A stretch of DNA of 62,523 bases from Nocardioides sp. (GCA_050997635.1 JBPCQY010000052.1:1-62523), one strand, 5' to 3'. Shown: positions 28,554 to 38,782, counted from the first letter of the stretch. A program made the numbers and translations. The notes: a model not told the origin generated them from the sequence alone.

Positions 28554-29429
28554 ATGGTCACCCACCGCGAGATCTTCCTGGCCGACGGCCGCCGACTGCA
28601 CGCGCACGAGGCTGGTGATCCGGACGGCCCGGTCGTGCTCTACCACCACGGGACGCCGTCGTGCGGGTTCCTGCTCGACGTGTGGTGTGCCGACGCCGAG
28701 GCCCGCGGCATCCGGCTGCTGGGCATCGACCGGTCGGGGTACGGCGACTCCGACCCGCAGCCCGGCCGCGGCCTGGCCGACGTGGTCGCGGACACGCTGG
28801 CCGTCGCCGACTGGGCGGGTGCCGAGCGGTTCTACACCTGGGGGGTCTCCGGCGGCGGGCCGCACGCGCTGGCCTGCGCTGCGCTGGCCCCCGACCGGGT
28901 GATCGCGGCCGCGTCGGTGGCCGGCGTCGCGCCGTACGGCCTCGAGGGTCTGGACTGGACCGCCGGCATGGGCGAGGAGAACCTCGAGGAGTTCGACAAG
29001 TCCCTCGTGGGTGGTGAGGTGCTGCGGGCCTACCTCGACGAGCTCGCCGGGCAGATCGTCGACCCTCCCGAGGGTGGTGGCGAGGATCCGCTCGACAGCC
29101 TGATGTGCCCGGCCGACACGGCCTTCGCCCGGACGCCCGCCGGCGAGCAGGTCACCGGGTCGATGCCGCTGGGCCTCGTGCGCGGGGGGCACGGCTGGTA
29201 CGACGACGACGTCGTCTTCGTGACCCCATGGCCGTTCGACGTCGCCGACATCACCGTGCCGGTGCTCGTGACCCACGGGGATCAGGACCGCTTCGTGCCG
29301 ATCAGTCACGCGCACTGGCTCGCCGAGCGGATCCCCGGCGCCGACACGCTGCTGCGGCCCGACGAGGGCCACCTGAGCCTCTACGGGCTGATCCCCGACG
29401 TGCACGCCTGGCTCCTCGACCACGCGTGA
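28554..29429 (+). CDS. Alpha/beta-fold hydrolase
   Basis: HHGTP, GVSGGG nucleophile elbow, HGDQD, GHLS; TAGCGT 6 nt before ATG. Confidence 0.9.
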   Translation: MVTHREIFLADGRRLHAHEAGDPDGPVVLYHHGTPSCGFLLDVWCADAEARGIRLLGIDRSGYGDSDPQPGRGLADVVADTLAVADWAGAERFYTWGVSGGGPHALACAALAPDRVIAAASVAGVAPYGLEGLDWTAGMGEENLEEFDKSLVGGEVLRAYLDELAGQIVDPPEGGGEDPLDSLMCPADTAFARTPAGEQVTGSMPLGLVRGGHGWYDDDVVFVTPWPFDVADITVPVLVTHGDQDRFVPISHAHWLAERIPGADTLLRPDEGHLSLYGLIPDVHAWLLDHA

Positions 29430-29437
29430 CGCTTTCC

Positions 29438-30226
29438 TCACCCACGCCGGGAGCGAGTGAGGTCGGCACGGGCGGCCAGCTCGGCGTCGGGCGGGAAGCA
29501 GACCTCCTCGAGCGTCAGCCCGTGCGCGGGTACGACGCGCACGGTCGCGTCGCGGACCCCGCCGACCAGGACCCCCGCGGCCCATTCCGGGGGCCGACGC
29601 CCCTCCCCCACCGCGACCAGGCAGCCGACGAGCGAGCGCACCATGCGGTGGCAGAACGCGTCGGCCCGCACGGTGCCGACCAGGACGCCGTCGTCGTCGC
29701 GAACCCACGACAGCTCGAGCAGGGTCCGGGTCGTGGTGGCGCCCACACGTTGCTTGCAGAACGCCGCGAAGTCGCGCAGGCCCACCAGCGGCGCGCCGGC
29801 CGCGCTCATCAGCGCCTCGTCGAGCGGTCGCCGCCGGGTCAGTACGTGTCCCCGGGTCAGCGGGTCCACCACCTCGACGGCATCCGCGATCCGGTAGACG
29901 TAGCGCCGCCATAGCGGCGAGTAGCGCGCGTCGAACCCGGCCGGGGCCAGCCCCACCCAGCGTACCCGGACGTCGGCGGGCAGGACGCCGTTGAGCCGGC
30001 GCTGCAGCTCGATGGTGGGCGGATCCGCGACGTCGACGTGCACCACCTGGCCGCGCGCGTGCACCCCCGTGTCGGTGCGGCCGGCGCACACCGTGCGCAC
30101 CGACGGCATCCGGAGCACCGTGGCCAGCGCGGCGTCGACCTCGTTCTGGACGGTGCGCAGCCCCGGCTGCGCGGCCCAGCCGTGGAAGCCGCTGCCGTCG
30201 TAGGCGAGGTCGATCCGCAGGCGCAC
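29438..30226 (-). CDS. truA: tRNA pseudouridine(38-40) synthase
   Basis: LAYDGSGFHGW, AGRTDTGVHA, ADAFCHRMVR motifs; start GTG 30226. Confidence 0.96.
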   Translation of the reverse strand: MRLRIDLAYDGSGFHGWAAQPGLRTVQNEVDAALATVLRMPSVRTVCAGRTDTGVHARGQVVHVDVADPPTIELQRRLNGVLPADVRVRWVGLAPAGFDARYSPLWRRYVYRIADAVEVVDPLTRGHVLTRRRPLDEALMSAAGAPLVGLRDFAAFCKQRVGATTTRTLLELSWVRDDDGVLVGTVRADAFCHRMVRSLVGCLVAVGEGRRPPEWAAGVLVGGVRDATVRVVPAHGLTLEEVCFPPDAELAARADLTRSRRG

Positions 30227-30363
30227 GAGGACGCATCCTACGAGCCGGTGCCGCGATCGACAGCGGTGCGCGCCGGAGCTGCCGCCGGGTCGACAGCGAC
30301 GGCCGCACCGCGTGCACGCAGGTATCTCCAAGGGTCGCGGGTCGTCCACGGGCCTCCGGAGGG

Positions 30364-31254
30364 TCAGCCCAGCTCGTGGCGGTACGGCGGCTCCGCGCCC
30401 GGCCGCGACACGTTGATCGCGGCAGCTCTGGTCGCGTGCTCCAGCACCGACCGGGCCGCGCGTTCGTCCAGCGTCGGCAGCCGGCCGCCGAGCAGCCCGC
30501 GCCCCCAGAGCGCGTCGATCATCGCCGCACCGAAGGTGTCCCCCGCCCCGATCGTGTCGGCCACCGCGACCGGCTCGGCGGCCACGGTCACCGAGCCGTC
30601 GCGCCCGACCCAGGTCGCGCCGTGGTCGCCCCGGGTGACCACGACCGCCGAGGGGCCGCGGTCGAGCAGCGCGGCGGCGGCGTCCTGCCACGACCGGTCC
30701 GGCCACAGGATCGCGAGATCCTCGTCGGAGGCCTTGACCAGGTCTGCCAGCGCCACGACCCGTTCGACGGCAGCGACCACGTCGGGCCCGGCGCCGGTCA
30801 CCGCAGGGCGCGCGTTGACGTCGTAGCTCACGGTGGCCTCGGGCCGCAGTCGCTCGAGCAGTTCGCGGACCGCGCCCGCCCCGGGCTCGACCACGGCCGC
30901 CAGCGAGCAGGCGTGCACGACAACCGGCGACTGGTCGGGCAGCGGGTTGAGCCGCCACGTCACGTTGAAGGTGTACGACGCGCTGCCGTCCTCACCGACC
31001 TCGGCCAGCGCCGTCGCAGTGTGGTCGAGGGCGACCGGGTCACCCACGACCCCGACCGCCGACTGGGTCAGGTGCCGCGCCAGCAGCCCGCCGTACGCGT
31101 CGTCGGCCCAGGCCGTGGCCAGCCGGACCGGGCGCCCGAGCCGCGCCAGGGCGACGGCCACGTTGGCCGCGCTCCCGCCCGGATGCTCGTGGGTGGTGCC
31201 GTCGCGATGCACCAGGTCGACCAGGGACTCTCCGACCACCAGTGCGCCGTCCAT
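30364..31254 (-). CDS. PfkB family carbohydrate kinase (fructokinase-like)
   Basis: GGSAANVAVALARLG, YDVNARP, VKASDED, DTIGAGDTF. Confidence 0.92.
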   Translation of the reverse strand: MDGALVVGESLVDLVHRDGTTHEHPGGSAANVAVALARLGRPVRLATAWADDAYGGLLARHLTQSAVGVVGDPVALDHTATALAEVGEDGSASYTFNVTWRLNPLPDQSPVVVHACSLAAVVEPGAGAVRELLERLRPEATVSYDVNARPAVTGAGPDVVAAVERVVALADLVKASDEDLAILWPDRSWQDAAAALLDRGPSAVVVTRGDHGATWVGRDGSVTVAAEPVAVADTIGAGDTFGAAMIDALWGRGLLGGRLPTLDERAARSVLEHATRAAAINVSRPGAEPPYRHELG

Positions 31255-31402
31255 GTCCCATCTGTACCCCAAACCGACCGCAAACGCCTCCGAACCGCCA
31301 CCATCGGGCGGTGACCCACGCTCGCCGAGGTGGAGTACGGCGCCGTCTTGGTCGACCAGACGGGTTCAGCTGGCCCTCCGGAGCGACCCGAGTCTCCGGT
31401 GG

Positions 31403-32152
31403 CTACTCGCCGGCGCGGGTGAACCCGGCCGCCTCGGCGGACTCCACGGAGTCGAACCAGACCTCGGCCACGGTCTGGGCGAACCATTGACCGTCGGGCT
31501 CGTGGAACTTCATGGAGTCCTCGTTGCCCTTGATCGAGAAGCCTTCGGGCGCCCGGTCGGCGTCCTCGAGCGGGACGTGCGAGCCGGCGTACTTGCCGCT
31601 CACGCCGCCCTCGGTCTCCTCGAACGCCTCGTCGTCACCCGCCACCTCGGTGAAGGTCTCGACGTGCGCGGCCTCGGCCTTGGCCTCCACCGGGTCCTCG
31701 ACGACCTCGGTCTCGGCAGCCGGCTCCTGCTCCGGGGCAGCCGGGGCCCTCTTGGCCGGTGGGGCCTTCTTGGCCGACGTCGCCTTCGGTGCGTAGGCCT
31801 CCCTCACGAGCTCGATGACCGCCATGGGGGCGTTGTCGCCCTTGCGGGGACCAATCTTGGTGATCCGGGTGTAGCCGCCCGGACGGTCGGAGAAGGTGGG
31901 CGCGATCTCGGTGAACAAGGAGTGCACGACCGACTTGTCACGGATGGTCTTGAGCACCTCGCGACGGTTGTGCAGGTCGCCCCTCTTGGCCTTGGTGATC
32001 AGCTTCTCGGCGTACGGGCGCAGGGTGCGCGCCTTGGCCTCGGTGGTGATGATCCGGCCGTGCTCGAACAGCTGGGTGGCCAGGTTCGACAGGATCAGGC
32101 GCTGGTGGGCTGGGCTCCCGCCGAGGCGAGGGCCCTTCTTCGGGGTGGGCAT
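31403..32152 (-). CDS. rplQ: 50S ribosomal protein L17 with long acidic linker and C-terminal extra domain
   Basis: [11 protein letters not shown]...[10 protein letters not shown]...[12 protein letters not shown] core followed by about 130 extra aa. Confidence 0.96.
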   Translation of the reverse strand: MPTPKKGPRLGGSPAHQRLILSNLATQLFEHGRIITTEAKARTLRPYAEKLITKAKRGDLHNRREVLKTIRDKSVVHSLFTEIAPTFSDRPGGYTRITKIGPRKGDNAPMAVIELVREAYAPKATSAKKAPPAKRAPAAPEQEPAAETEVVEDPVEAKAEAAHVETFTEVAGDDEAFEETEGGVSGKYAGSHVPLEDADRAPEGFSIKGNEDSMKFHEPDGQWFAQTVAEVWFDSVESAEAAGFTRAGE

Positions 32153-32205
32153 CGGGTGTCTCGTTTCTCCCCGGCCGTGTCAGGTACCGGGGTAGCTGGT
32201 GATTT

Positions 32206-32230
32206 CGGTGGTCGAGCGCAGTCGAGACCG
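32206..32230. repeat. REP-like palindrome, family C (reverse orientation)
   Basis: Reverse complement CGGTCTCGACTGCGCTCGACCACCG matches the family C consensus. Confidence 0.6.
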
Positions 32231-32235
32231 TGGGG

Positions 32236-33252
32236 TCAGTAGGACTCGTCCTCGATGAAGGCGTCGTCGTCGTCGTCGCCGTACGCCGCGAGGGCAGCCT
32301 GCGGGTCGAAGCCCGGCGCGCTGTCCTTGAGCGAGAGGCCCATCTCCACGAGCTTGGCCTTGACCTCGTCGATCGACTTGGCGCCGAAGTTGCGGATGTC
32401 GAGCAGGTCCTGCTCCGAGCGGCTGATGAGCTCACCCACGGTGTGGATGCCCTCGCGCTTGAGGCAGTTGTACGACCGGACGGTCAGCTGCAGGTCCTCG
32501 ACCGGCAGGGCGAGGTCCGCGGCGAGCTGCTCGTCGACGGGCGACGGACCGATGGCGACGCCCTCGGCCTCGACATTGAGCTCACGGGCCAGGCCGAAGA
32601 GCTCGACCAGCGTCTTGCCGGCCGAGGCGATCGCGTCGCGGGGCCGGATCGACGGCTTGGTCTCGACGTCGATGACCAGCTTGTCGAAGTCGGTGCGCTG
32701 CTCGACACGGGTCGCCTCGACCTTGTAGGTCACCTTCAGCACGGGGCTGTAGATCGAGTCGACCGGCATCCGGCCGATCTCGTTGTCGGCGCCCTTGTTC
32801 TGGACAGCCGAGACGTAGCCGCGGCCACGCTCGACCACCAGCTCCATCTCCAGCTTGCCCTTGTCGGACAGGGTGGCGATCTTCAGGTCGGGGTTGTGCA
32901 CCTCGACGCCGGCCGGCGGCTGGATGTCATGGGCGGTGACCACCCCCGCACCCGACTTGCGCAGGTACATCGTGACGGGCTCATCGTGCTCGGAGGAGAC
33001 GACGAGGCCCTTGAGGTTGAGGATGACCTCGGTGACGTCCTCCTTGACGCCCTCGATGGTCGAGAACTCGTGGAGGACCGTGTCGACCTTGATGCTGGTG
33101 ACGGCGGCCCCCGGGATCGAGGACAGAAGGGTACGGCGAAGCGAGTTGCCGAGCGTGTAGCCGAAACCCGGCTCCAACGGCTCGATGACAAACCGCGAAC
33201 GGAACTCGTCGACGGACTCTTCCGAGAGGGTTGGGCGCTGTGCGATGAGCAC
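32236..33252 (-). CDS. rpoA: RNA polymerase subunit alpha
   Basis: [25 protein letters not shown]; [17 protein letters not shown]...NFGAKS. Confidence 0.98.
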   Translation of the reverse strand: MLIAQRPTLSEESVDEFRSRFVIEPLEPGFGYTLGNSLRRTLLSSIPGAAVTSIKVDTVLHEFSTIEGVKEDVTEVILNLKGLVVSSEHDEPVTMYLRKSGAGVVTAHDIQPPAGVEVHNPDLKIATLSDKGKLEMELVVERGRGYVSAVQNKGADNEIGRMPVDSIYSPVLKVTYKVEATRVEQRTDFDKLVIDVETKPSIRPRDAIASAGKTLVELFGLARELNVEAEGVAIGPSPVDEQLAADLALPVEDLQLTVRSYNCLKREGIHTVGELISRSEQDLLDIRNFGAKSIDEVKAKLVEMGLSLKDSAPGFDPQAALAAYGDDDDDAFIEDESY

Positions 33253-33266
33253 TGGTTCTTCCTTTC

Positions 33267-33294
33267 CGAGCCCACCCGCTATATGACGGGCTCG
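33267..33294 (-). promoter_or_regulatory. Hairpin immediately upstream of the rpoA RBS
   Basis: CGAGCCC-GTCATATAGCGGGT-GGGCTCG on the - strand, followed by GAAAGGAAG; function not determined. Confidence 0.35.
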
Positions 33295-33348
33295 AACTCC
33301 AGGTGATGGTGGATGGAGCAGAAGTGCCGGGTGTCCCCGGCACGGGAA

Positions 33349-33957
33349 CTACTTCTTGGAGTAGTACTCGACGATCAGCTGCTCGGTGACCGGGAGATCG
33401 ATCTGGGCCCGGACCGGGAGCTGGTGGACCAGGATGCGCATCCGCGACGGGATGGCCTCGAGCCACGCCGGCACGACCCGCTCGCCGTGGGTCTCACGAG
33501 CCACGATGAACGGCGTCATCTCCAGCGACTTGTCGCGCACGTCGATCACGTCGTGGGCGGTCACCTGGAACGACGGGATGTCGACCTTGCGACCGTTGAC
33601 CTTGAAGTGGCCGTGTACGACGAGCTGGCGCGCGGCGCGACGCGTGCGGGCGAACCCGGCGCGGTAGACCACGTTGTCGAGACGGCACTCGAGCAGCTGC
33701 AGCAGGTTGTCACCCGTCTTGCCCTGCCGACGCGAGGCCTCGGTGTAGTAGTTGTGGAACTGCTTCTCCAGCACGCCATAGGTGAAGCGAGCCTTCTGCT
33801 TCTCGCGCAGCTGGAGGAGGTACTCGCTCTCCTTGATCCGGCCGCGGCCGTGCTGGCCGGGAGGGTAGGGGCGACGCTCGAACGCCGAGTCGCCACCGAC
33901 GAGGTCGACACCGAGACGGCGCGACTTCCGGGTCATGGGTCCGGTGTAACGGGCCAT
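33349..33957 (-). CDS. rpsD: 30S ribosomal protein S4
   Basis: MARYTGP...YPPGQHG...LECRLDNVVYRAGFA...IVEYYSK. Confidence 0.98.
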   Translation of the reverse strand: MARYTGPMTRKSRRLGVDLVGGDSAFERRPYPPGQHGRGRIKESEYLLQLREKQKARFTYGVLEKQFHNYYTEASRRQGKTGDNLLQLLECRLDNVVYRAGFARTRRAARQLVVHGHFKVNGRKVDIPSFQVTAHDVIDVRDKSLEMTPFIVARETHGERVVPAWLEAIPSRMRILVHQLPVRAQIDLPVTEQLIVEYYSKK

Positions 33958-33989
33958 GGTTCGTCTCTCTCTTTCTCAGGTCGCGGGGG

Positions 33990-34397
33990 TCAGACGCGCC
34001 GGCGCTTGGGCGGGCGGCAGCCGTTGTGGGGGGTGGGTGTGACGTCCTGGATGGTGCCGACCTCGAGGCCGATGGCGCCCAGGGAGCGGATCGCGGTCTC
34101 GCGACCGGAGCCCGGGCCCTTGACGAAGACGTCGATCTTCTTCATGCCATGGTCCATGGCACGACGGCCGGCCGCCTCGGCGGCCATCTGCGCGGCGTAC
34201 GGCGTGGACTTGCGCGAGCCCTTGAAGCCGACGGTGCCGGCCGAGGCCCACGAGATCACCGCACCGTTGGGGTCGGTGATGGTGACGATGGTGTTGTTGA
34301 ACGTGCTCTTGATGTGGGCTTCGCCCTGAGCGATGTTCTTCTTCTCCTTGCGGCGCACCTTCTTGGCGCCGGCCGCGGAGCGGCTCTTGGGAGGCAT
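33990..34397 (-). CDS. rpsK: 30S ribosomal protein S11
   Basis: [11 protein letters not shown]...[10 protein letters not shown]...[12 protein letters not shown]. Confidence 0.98.
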   Translation of the reverse strand: MPPKSRSAAGAKKVRRKEKKNIAQGEAHIKSTFNNTIVTITDPNGAVISWASAGTVGFKGSRKSTPYAAQMAAEAAGRRAMDHGMKKIDVFVKGPGSGRETAIRSLGAIGLEVGTIQDVTPTPHNGCRPPKRRRV

Positions 34398-34456
34398 GCG
34401 TTCTCCTAAACGAAAGCTGGTCGGATGATCGAGAGAGGGTCAGGCGCCCGAGGGCG

Positions 34457-34834
34457 TCACTTGACCTTCTTCCTGCCGGCGACGGTCCGCTTGGGACCCT
34501 TCCGGGTGCGAGCGTTGGTCTTGGTGCGCTGACCGCGGACCGGAAGGCCCTGGCGGTGGCGGCGACCCTGATAGCTGCCGATCTCGATCTTGCGACGGAT
34601 GTCGGCCTGCACCTCGCGGCGAAGGTCACCCTCGATCTTGATGTCGCGGCCGTCGATCTCGTCGCGGAGCTTGACCAGCTCCTCGTCGCCCAGCTCGTGG
34701 ACGCGCAGGTCGGGGTTGACCCCGGTGGCGGCCAAGACTTCCTGGGCGCGGGTACGGCCGATGCCGTAGATGTAGGTAAGAGCGATCTCGATGCGCTTGT
34801 CACGCGGGAGGTCGACTCCAAGGAGGCGTGCCAT
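34457..34834 (-). CDS. rpsM: 30S ribosomal protein S13
   Basis: [14 protein letters not shown]...[18 protein letters not shown]. Confidence 0.98.
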   Translation of the reverse strand: MARLLGVDLPRDKRIEIALTYIYGIGRTRAQEVLAATGVNPDLRVHELGDEELVKLRDEIDGRDIKIEGDLRREVQADIRRKIEIGSYQGRRHRQGLPVRGQRTKTNARTRKGPKRTVAGRKKVK

Positions 34835-35014
34835 GGGTGGCGGTCCCTTCGGTAGGTCACAACGGTTTCGGTCGTGTCGCGTCCTGGCTGCCTCTCGTCG
34901 ATCTTCGTCGAGGCCAGGCTCCGGCCGTTGCTCCGGAGGTGAGTTCGCTGCATCCTTCGATGCAGCTAGCGATCACGTTGTAGTGGTGTTCAGTTGTGCG
35001 GGCTGAGCGTCAGC

Positions 35015-35128
35015 TCAGCCTTGGCGCTGCTTGTGGCGCGGGTTGTCGCAGATCACCATGACGCGGCCGTGGCGACGGATCACCTTGCACTTGTCACAGA
35101 TGCGCTTCACGCTCGGGTTGACCTTCAT
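35015..35128 (-). CDS. rpmJ: 50S ribosomal protein L36, Zn-ribbon type, 37 aa (not in the ORF track)
   Basis: [37 protein letters not shown]. Confidence 0.97.
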   Translation of the reverse strand: MKVNPSVKRICDKCKVIRRHGRVMVICDNPRHKQRQG

Positions 35129-35159
35129 GTCAGCCCTTTCTCTTCTCGGCTGGTGGCAC

Positions 35160-35381
35160 TTACTTGTAGCGGTAGACGATCCGACCCCGCGTGAGGTCGT
35201 ACGGCGAGAGCTCCACCACGACCCGGTCCTCGGGGAGGATCCGGATGTAGTGCTGGCGCATCTTGCCGCTGATGTGGGCCAGGACCTTGTGACCGTTGCT
35301 CAGCTCGACCCGGAAAAACGCGTTCGGGAGAGCCTCGACGACGGTGCCCTCGATCTCGATCACACCTTCTTTTTTGGGCAT
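35160..35381 (-). CDS. infA: Translation initiation factor IF-1
   Basis: [20 protein letters not shown]...HISGKMR...[15 protein letters not shown]. Confidence 0.98.
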   Translation of the reverse strand: MPKKEGVIEIEGTVVEALPNAFFRVELSNGHKVLAHISGKMRQHYIRILPEDRVVVELSPYDLTRGRIVYRYK

Positions 35382-35605
35382 GTCCTCCGCTATCTGTTGG
35401 TCAGTCGTCTACCGTCGAACCCGGGAACCGCCCCGCTCGGGTGAGCGGGTGGACCTCGTCGGACCGCCGGCAGCACCGCATCCCGGGCACGCGTTCGATC
35501 CGCTCTGACGAGCTGGTCGAGGAGTGCTCGGGCAGCCGGATGGCGCCACGCAACGGACCCACGTTGGGCCGACACGCCAGTTTAGGCAATCCCTCGCCCG
35601 AACCC

Positions 35606-37060
35606 CTAATCGAGCCGGAGGTCGGCGAAGTAGAGGTCGACCCCCTCGGGTGCGTCGAGCAGCATGGTGCCCTGCTCCGGGTCGATCCGCTGGGTGCCGG
35701 TGTGGTCGACCAGGTAGTGGCGGCCATACGGGGTGCGCCAGACATACCGGCCGCGGCCGCACTGCCGACTGAGATAGCCCGCATGGGTCTTCCAGCGGTG
35801 ATGCCGGCGACCCAGCGGGCCGCAGTTGTGGGTGCCGGTCTGCCCCGGCGGACCGTCACGGTCGTACGGCGTGGGATGGTCCAGATCCACCTGGCCCGCC
35901 ATCCCCGGCACCGCGTTCGCGTAGGGGAAGTAGTCGCCCGGCGTGGTCAGCCGGACCCGCCGAGCCACCCCGACCGGATGCTCATAGCAGTTGACGTCCA
36001 CCCGGTCGTTCAGGTCAACCACGGGGGTCACCCGCACCCGGCAGCCGGCGAACAGATGGTGGTCGGCCAGCAGTGGTCCAATCCCCTCCACCCGCGCCAC
36101 TGGCGGCACCAACCCGGCCACCGCCAGGTCGGTCAGGTGCACGAACAGCTCGACTCGCGGCCGCAACCGCTCCGGGTCGACCTCGCGCAGCGCTGTGAGC
36201 AGGTCCGCGGGGAACGCGGTCGCCCGCGACACCTCCGGCTCCGAGGGCTGCTGCGCCTCCAGGAGCAGCTGCAGGACTTCGGCTGGCCGGGCCAGCCAGC
36301 CGAACGCGATCGATCGCAGCTCGTCCTTGGTGGTTTCTTCGGGGTGGCGGGGCGCGAGCAGGTCGGCGATCCGGTCGACCATGGCGTCGATCCAGACGGC
36401 ATCGCCGGCGTTGACCCGCGCGATGACCTGCCGCAACCCGTGCTCGTCGACCCGGGACAACGCCACGTAGCGGCGCCGCCGCTCTGCTTCGACCTTCGCT
36501 GCGTGAGTGGCCGGGTCGGCCTCGATCACCTTGGCCTCGCAGATCTTCAGCACCCGACCCGGCGACTCACCCGCGATCGCCTCGGCGACCGCGAGGTCGA
36601 CGATCCCGACGCTCGCGGCGGATAGTCGGCGGGACATCCGGGTAACCCTGCGGGCCAACCACGGCTCACATTCCAACGCCTCGACCCTGGCCCAGGTCAG
36701 CGGCAACCGGTGCTGCAGGTCCAGCACGTCGGCGATCGCGTGCTCGCACCCGATCGGGTGGACCTGTCGTGCCGCGGCCAGGTCACCGATGCAGAACTCC
36801 CGCACCCCAGGCGTGCCCTCTCCACCGAGGTGGACCAGTTGGTCCTCGGCCCACACCCGACGACCACTCCCCGGGTCACGGCGTGGGTCGGTGGAGTGCA
36901 CCGCCGCCCACGCCGCCACCACGCGCAGGTCGGCGACCTCGGACGACCGCCGGTTCCGCACCGCCTGCTCGGCGAGGTCCAACAGCTCGGCAGGCGGGAG
37001 CTCGGCCAGATCCTGGACCTCCAGGCTCCGACCGGAGCTCTCCGGACCGAGTGTCGACAT
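35606..37060 (-). CDS. DUF222 (13E12-repeat-like) protein with degenerate C-terminal HNH
   Basis: GGEGTPGVREF and LDLQHRLPLTW N-domain motifs; DLDH...N...HHRWKTH...WRTPYG HNH-like tail; TACCAT 6 nt before ATG 37060. Confidence 0.85.
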   Translation of the reverse strand: MSTLGPESSGRSLEVQDLAELPPAELLDLAEQAVRNRRSSEVADLRVVAAWAAVHSTDPRRDPGSGRRVWAEDQLVHLGGEGTPGVREFCIGDLAAARQVHPIGCEHAIADVLDLQHRLPLTWARVEALECEPWLARRVTRMSRRLSAASVGIVDLAVAEAIAGESPGRVLKICEAKVIEADPATHAAKVEAERRRRYVALSRVDEHGLRQVIARVNAGDAVWIDAMVDRIADLLAPRHPEETTKDELRSIAFGWLARPAEVLQLLLEAQQPSEPEVSRATAFPADLLTALREVDPERLRPRVELFVHLTDLAVAGLVPPVARVEGIGPLLADHHLFAGCRVRVTPVVDLNDRVDVNCYEHPVGVARRVRLTTPGDYFPYANAVPGMAGQVDLDHPTPYDRDGPPGQTGTHNCGPLGRRHHRWKTHAGYLSRQCGRGRYVWRTPYGRHYLVDHTGTQRIDPEQGTMLLDAPEGVDLYFADLRLD

Positions 37061-37072
37061 GGGTCGATGGTA

Positions 37073-37088
37073 TCGAACATCTGTTCGA
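37073..37088. promoter_or_regulatory. LexA (SOS) box of the DUF222 gene
   Basis: TCGAAC-ATCT-GTTCGA, a perfect match to the actinobacterial consensus TCGAAC-N4-GTTCGA, abutting the -10 hexamer. Confidence 0.88.
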
Positions 37089-37150
37089 ACCGCAACTGCG
37101 ATTCCACGTCCGGTACCACTCATCCGGCCGCACTACAGGCCTCGGGCCAA

Positions 37151-37168
37151 CGCACGGACATGCCGATG
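37151..37168 (+). repeat. Cassette-boundary repeat R0 (right half only)
   Basis: CGCACGGACATGCCGATG, 15/18 identical to the right part of R1 (CGCTCGGATCTGCCGATG). Confidence 0.5.
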
Positions 37169-37234
37169 TGAGGATGTCACTCGTCCGAAGGATCGTCGCC
37201 CTTGGCCTTACCCCCATGCGGCACAATACTTTCC

Positions 37235-37621
37235 ATGCCGACCTGGACCTTAAGCGAGATTGAAGCAGCGGTGCGCTCGTCCTGGGGGCCCGACACCTTC
37301 TTCGCCTCAGCTGACTACATGGCCCGGGGCAGCGGGCAGCCGTCGCGAGGTCAGTGCGGAACGACCGCCCTCGTCATCCAGAATCTGCTCGGTGGCGATC
37401 TGATGGTCGCCGACGTCGAGTACGAAGGCCGGGTGGAGGGTGTGCACTACTGGAACGTGACGCCCGGCGGAGTCGAACTCGATCTGACACGGGACCAGTT
37501 CACTCCTGCTGAATCGCTAATCAACCAGCGCTGGGTCACAACAGGACGGAATTCTTTCACAGCAGGCGAGCAACCGTTCCAGCTGCTCCAGGAGCGAGTC
37601 ACCGCCGCTCTGAGCTCGTAG
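37235..37621 (+). CDS. YunG-like protein
   Basis: SW.PDT...GQCGTTALVIQNLLGG...HYWN...DLTRDQF pattern; more A/T-ending codons than flanking genes. Confidence 0.75.
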   Translation: MPTWTLSEIEAAVRSSWGPDTFFASADYMARGSGQPSRGQCGTTALVIQNLLGGDLMVADVEYEGRVEGVHYWNVTPGGVELDLTRDQFTPAESLINQRWVTTGRNSFTAGEQPFQLLQERVTAALSS

Positions 37622-37734
37622 CAGACGCCGTACTTGATCACACGCTGGGAGTCGAAGAGAACCACCGGAGCCCGCATCGATGAGCGGTCAGTTCACCGGA
37701 CAGGAGGCGAGGGCCACGGCGGGATCTTGTCACA

Positions 37735-37811
37735 GGAAGCGCACGCTCATGCCGCGTAGCGTGCGCTCGAAGACGCACGCTTCTGCCGCGATCCGCTCGG
37801 ATCTGCCGATG
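37735..37811 (+). repeat. Cassette-boundary repeats R1' and R1 (tandem)
   Basis: GGAAGCGCACGCTCATGCCGCG followed 34 nt later by GACGCACGCTTCTGCCGCGATCCGCTCGGATCTGCCGATG. Confidence 0.65.
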
Positions 37812-37830
37812 GTCGGGCACTCGTCGAGGT

Positions 37831-38268
37831 ATGTCCGTGCAGACTGGGCCGATGCGTGAGCGAGTCGCCGCGATCATTGAGCGCGAAGCGCTGGTCCTGA
37901 TGGTGCGACAGCGCGCCAGAGGTGATGCAGGACGCCATGACGGCTTCGAATATTTGACGCTTCCTGGCGGGGGTGTCGAAGTGGGCGAATCGCCAGTCGA
38001 TGCACTCGCAAGAGAGGTCGTCGAGGAGGTCGGCCTGCGAGTGGTGAGCGCGTCATGCCTGCGGCGCGTCGAGCACGCGGAGCACCAGGGCGGTGCCACG
38101 AGCCTGTTCTACGTTGAGGTGGAGGAAGGACCGGCGACGCTCGGGTTCGATCCTGAGTTGTCGTGCGATTGTCCTCGATTGGTCGGGATCGACTGGATCA
38201 CCGCGCCGAGCCGCGCGGCTTGGAGGGGCGTTGAGGTGCGGTCGCTACTGAAGATCAGACTCTCGTAA
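37831..38268 (+). CDS. NUDIX hydrolase
   Basis: GGGVEVGESPVDALAREVVEEVG Nudix box (alternative start 37852). Confidence 0.88.
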   Translation: MSVQTGPMRERVAAIIEREALVLMVRQRARGDAGRHDGFEYLTLPGGGVEVGESPVDALAREVVEEVGLRVVSASCLRRVEHAEHQGGATSLFYVEVEEGPATLGFDPELSCDCPRLVGIDWITAPSRAAWRGVEVRSLLKIRLS

Positions 38269-38310
38269 CTGTGTCGCAGCGTCCGGTCGAGCAGCCAATG
38301 CACCCTGGAC

Positions 38311-38358
38311 CCTGACGCGACGCGGGTGCCTGCCGCGATCCACGCTGTCGTGCCGATG
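38311..38358 (+). repeat. Cassette-boundary repeat R2
   Basis: CCTGACG...TGCCGCGATCC-N9-TGCCGATG, same 20-nt internal spacing as R1. Confidence 0.65.
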
Positions 38359-38416
38359 AGCGGACAGTGTCGCGCTGAGGTCACGATCCAGCGACAAAGA
38401 GACTCCGCCTGGCCGC

Positions 38417-38782
38417 GAGGATGTCCCGGGTTCCGTGGAACTTCGGTGGCGGTCCGGTGAGCATCAGGCTGCGCTCACGTCGTGAGTGTTGCAGTCCGCG
38501 CCGACAGTGTGGTCGGCGACATGCTGTTCGAGTGCTGCCCGGAGGGTGGGCAGGTGCAGGTGACCGTTGACGCGGCGGAACTGGGCGGACGCTTCGACCA
38601 TGCCCGCGGCGCACCAGCGCAGCGCCATCTGCCCATCTCGCCAGCGTTTGACGTTCTTGGAGTGCTCGCGGCGGATGCCGATCATCGACTCCACGGCGTT
38701 GGTCGAGCGGAGCGTCCTGGCCAGGGTCGGCGGCAGGTCGAGGCGGAGCACGGTCAGGGTCTCGGCCATCCCTTCGCGCAGT
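38417..38782 (-). mobile_element. IS256-family remnant (transposase C-terminus plus probable terminal inverted repeat)
   Basis: LREGMAETLTV...LRSTNAVESMI...VKRWRDGQMALRWCAAGM..A..QFRRVNG; stop at 38464; probable IR end GAGGATGTCCCGGGTTCCGTGGAAC at 38417; 5' part absent. Confidence 0.82.

Noticed and set aside
30249-30258. TGCCGCGATC upstream of truA as another cassette site
   Set aside because: It lacks both flanking parts of the consensus; GCCGCGATC alone is common in this GC-rich DNA (Ala-Ala-Ile codons, e.g. near 2144 and 43548).
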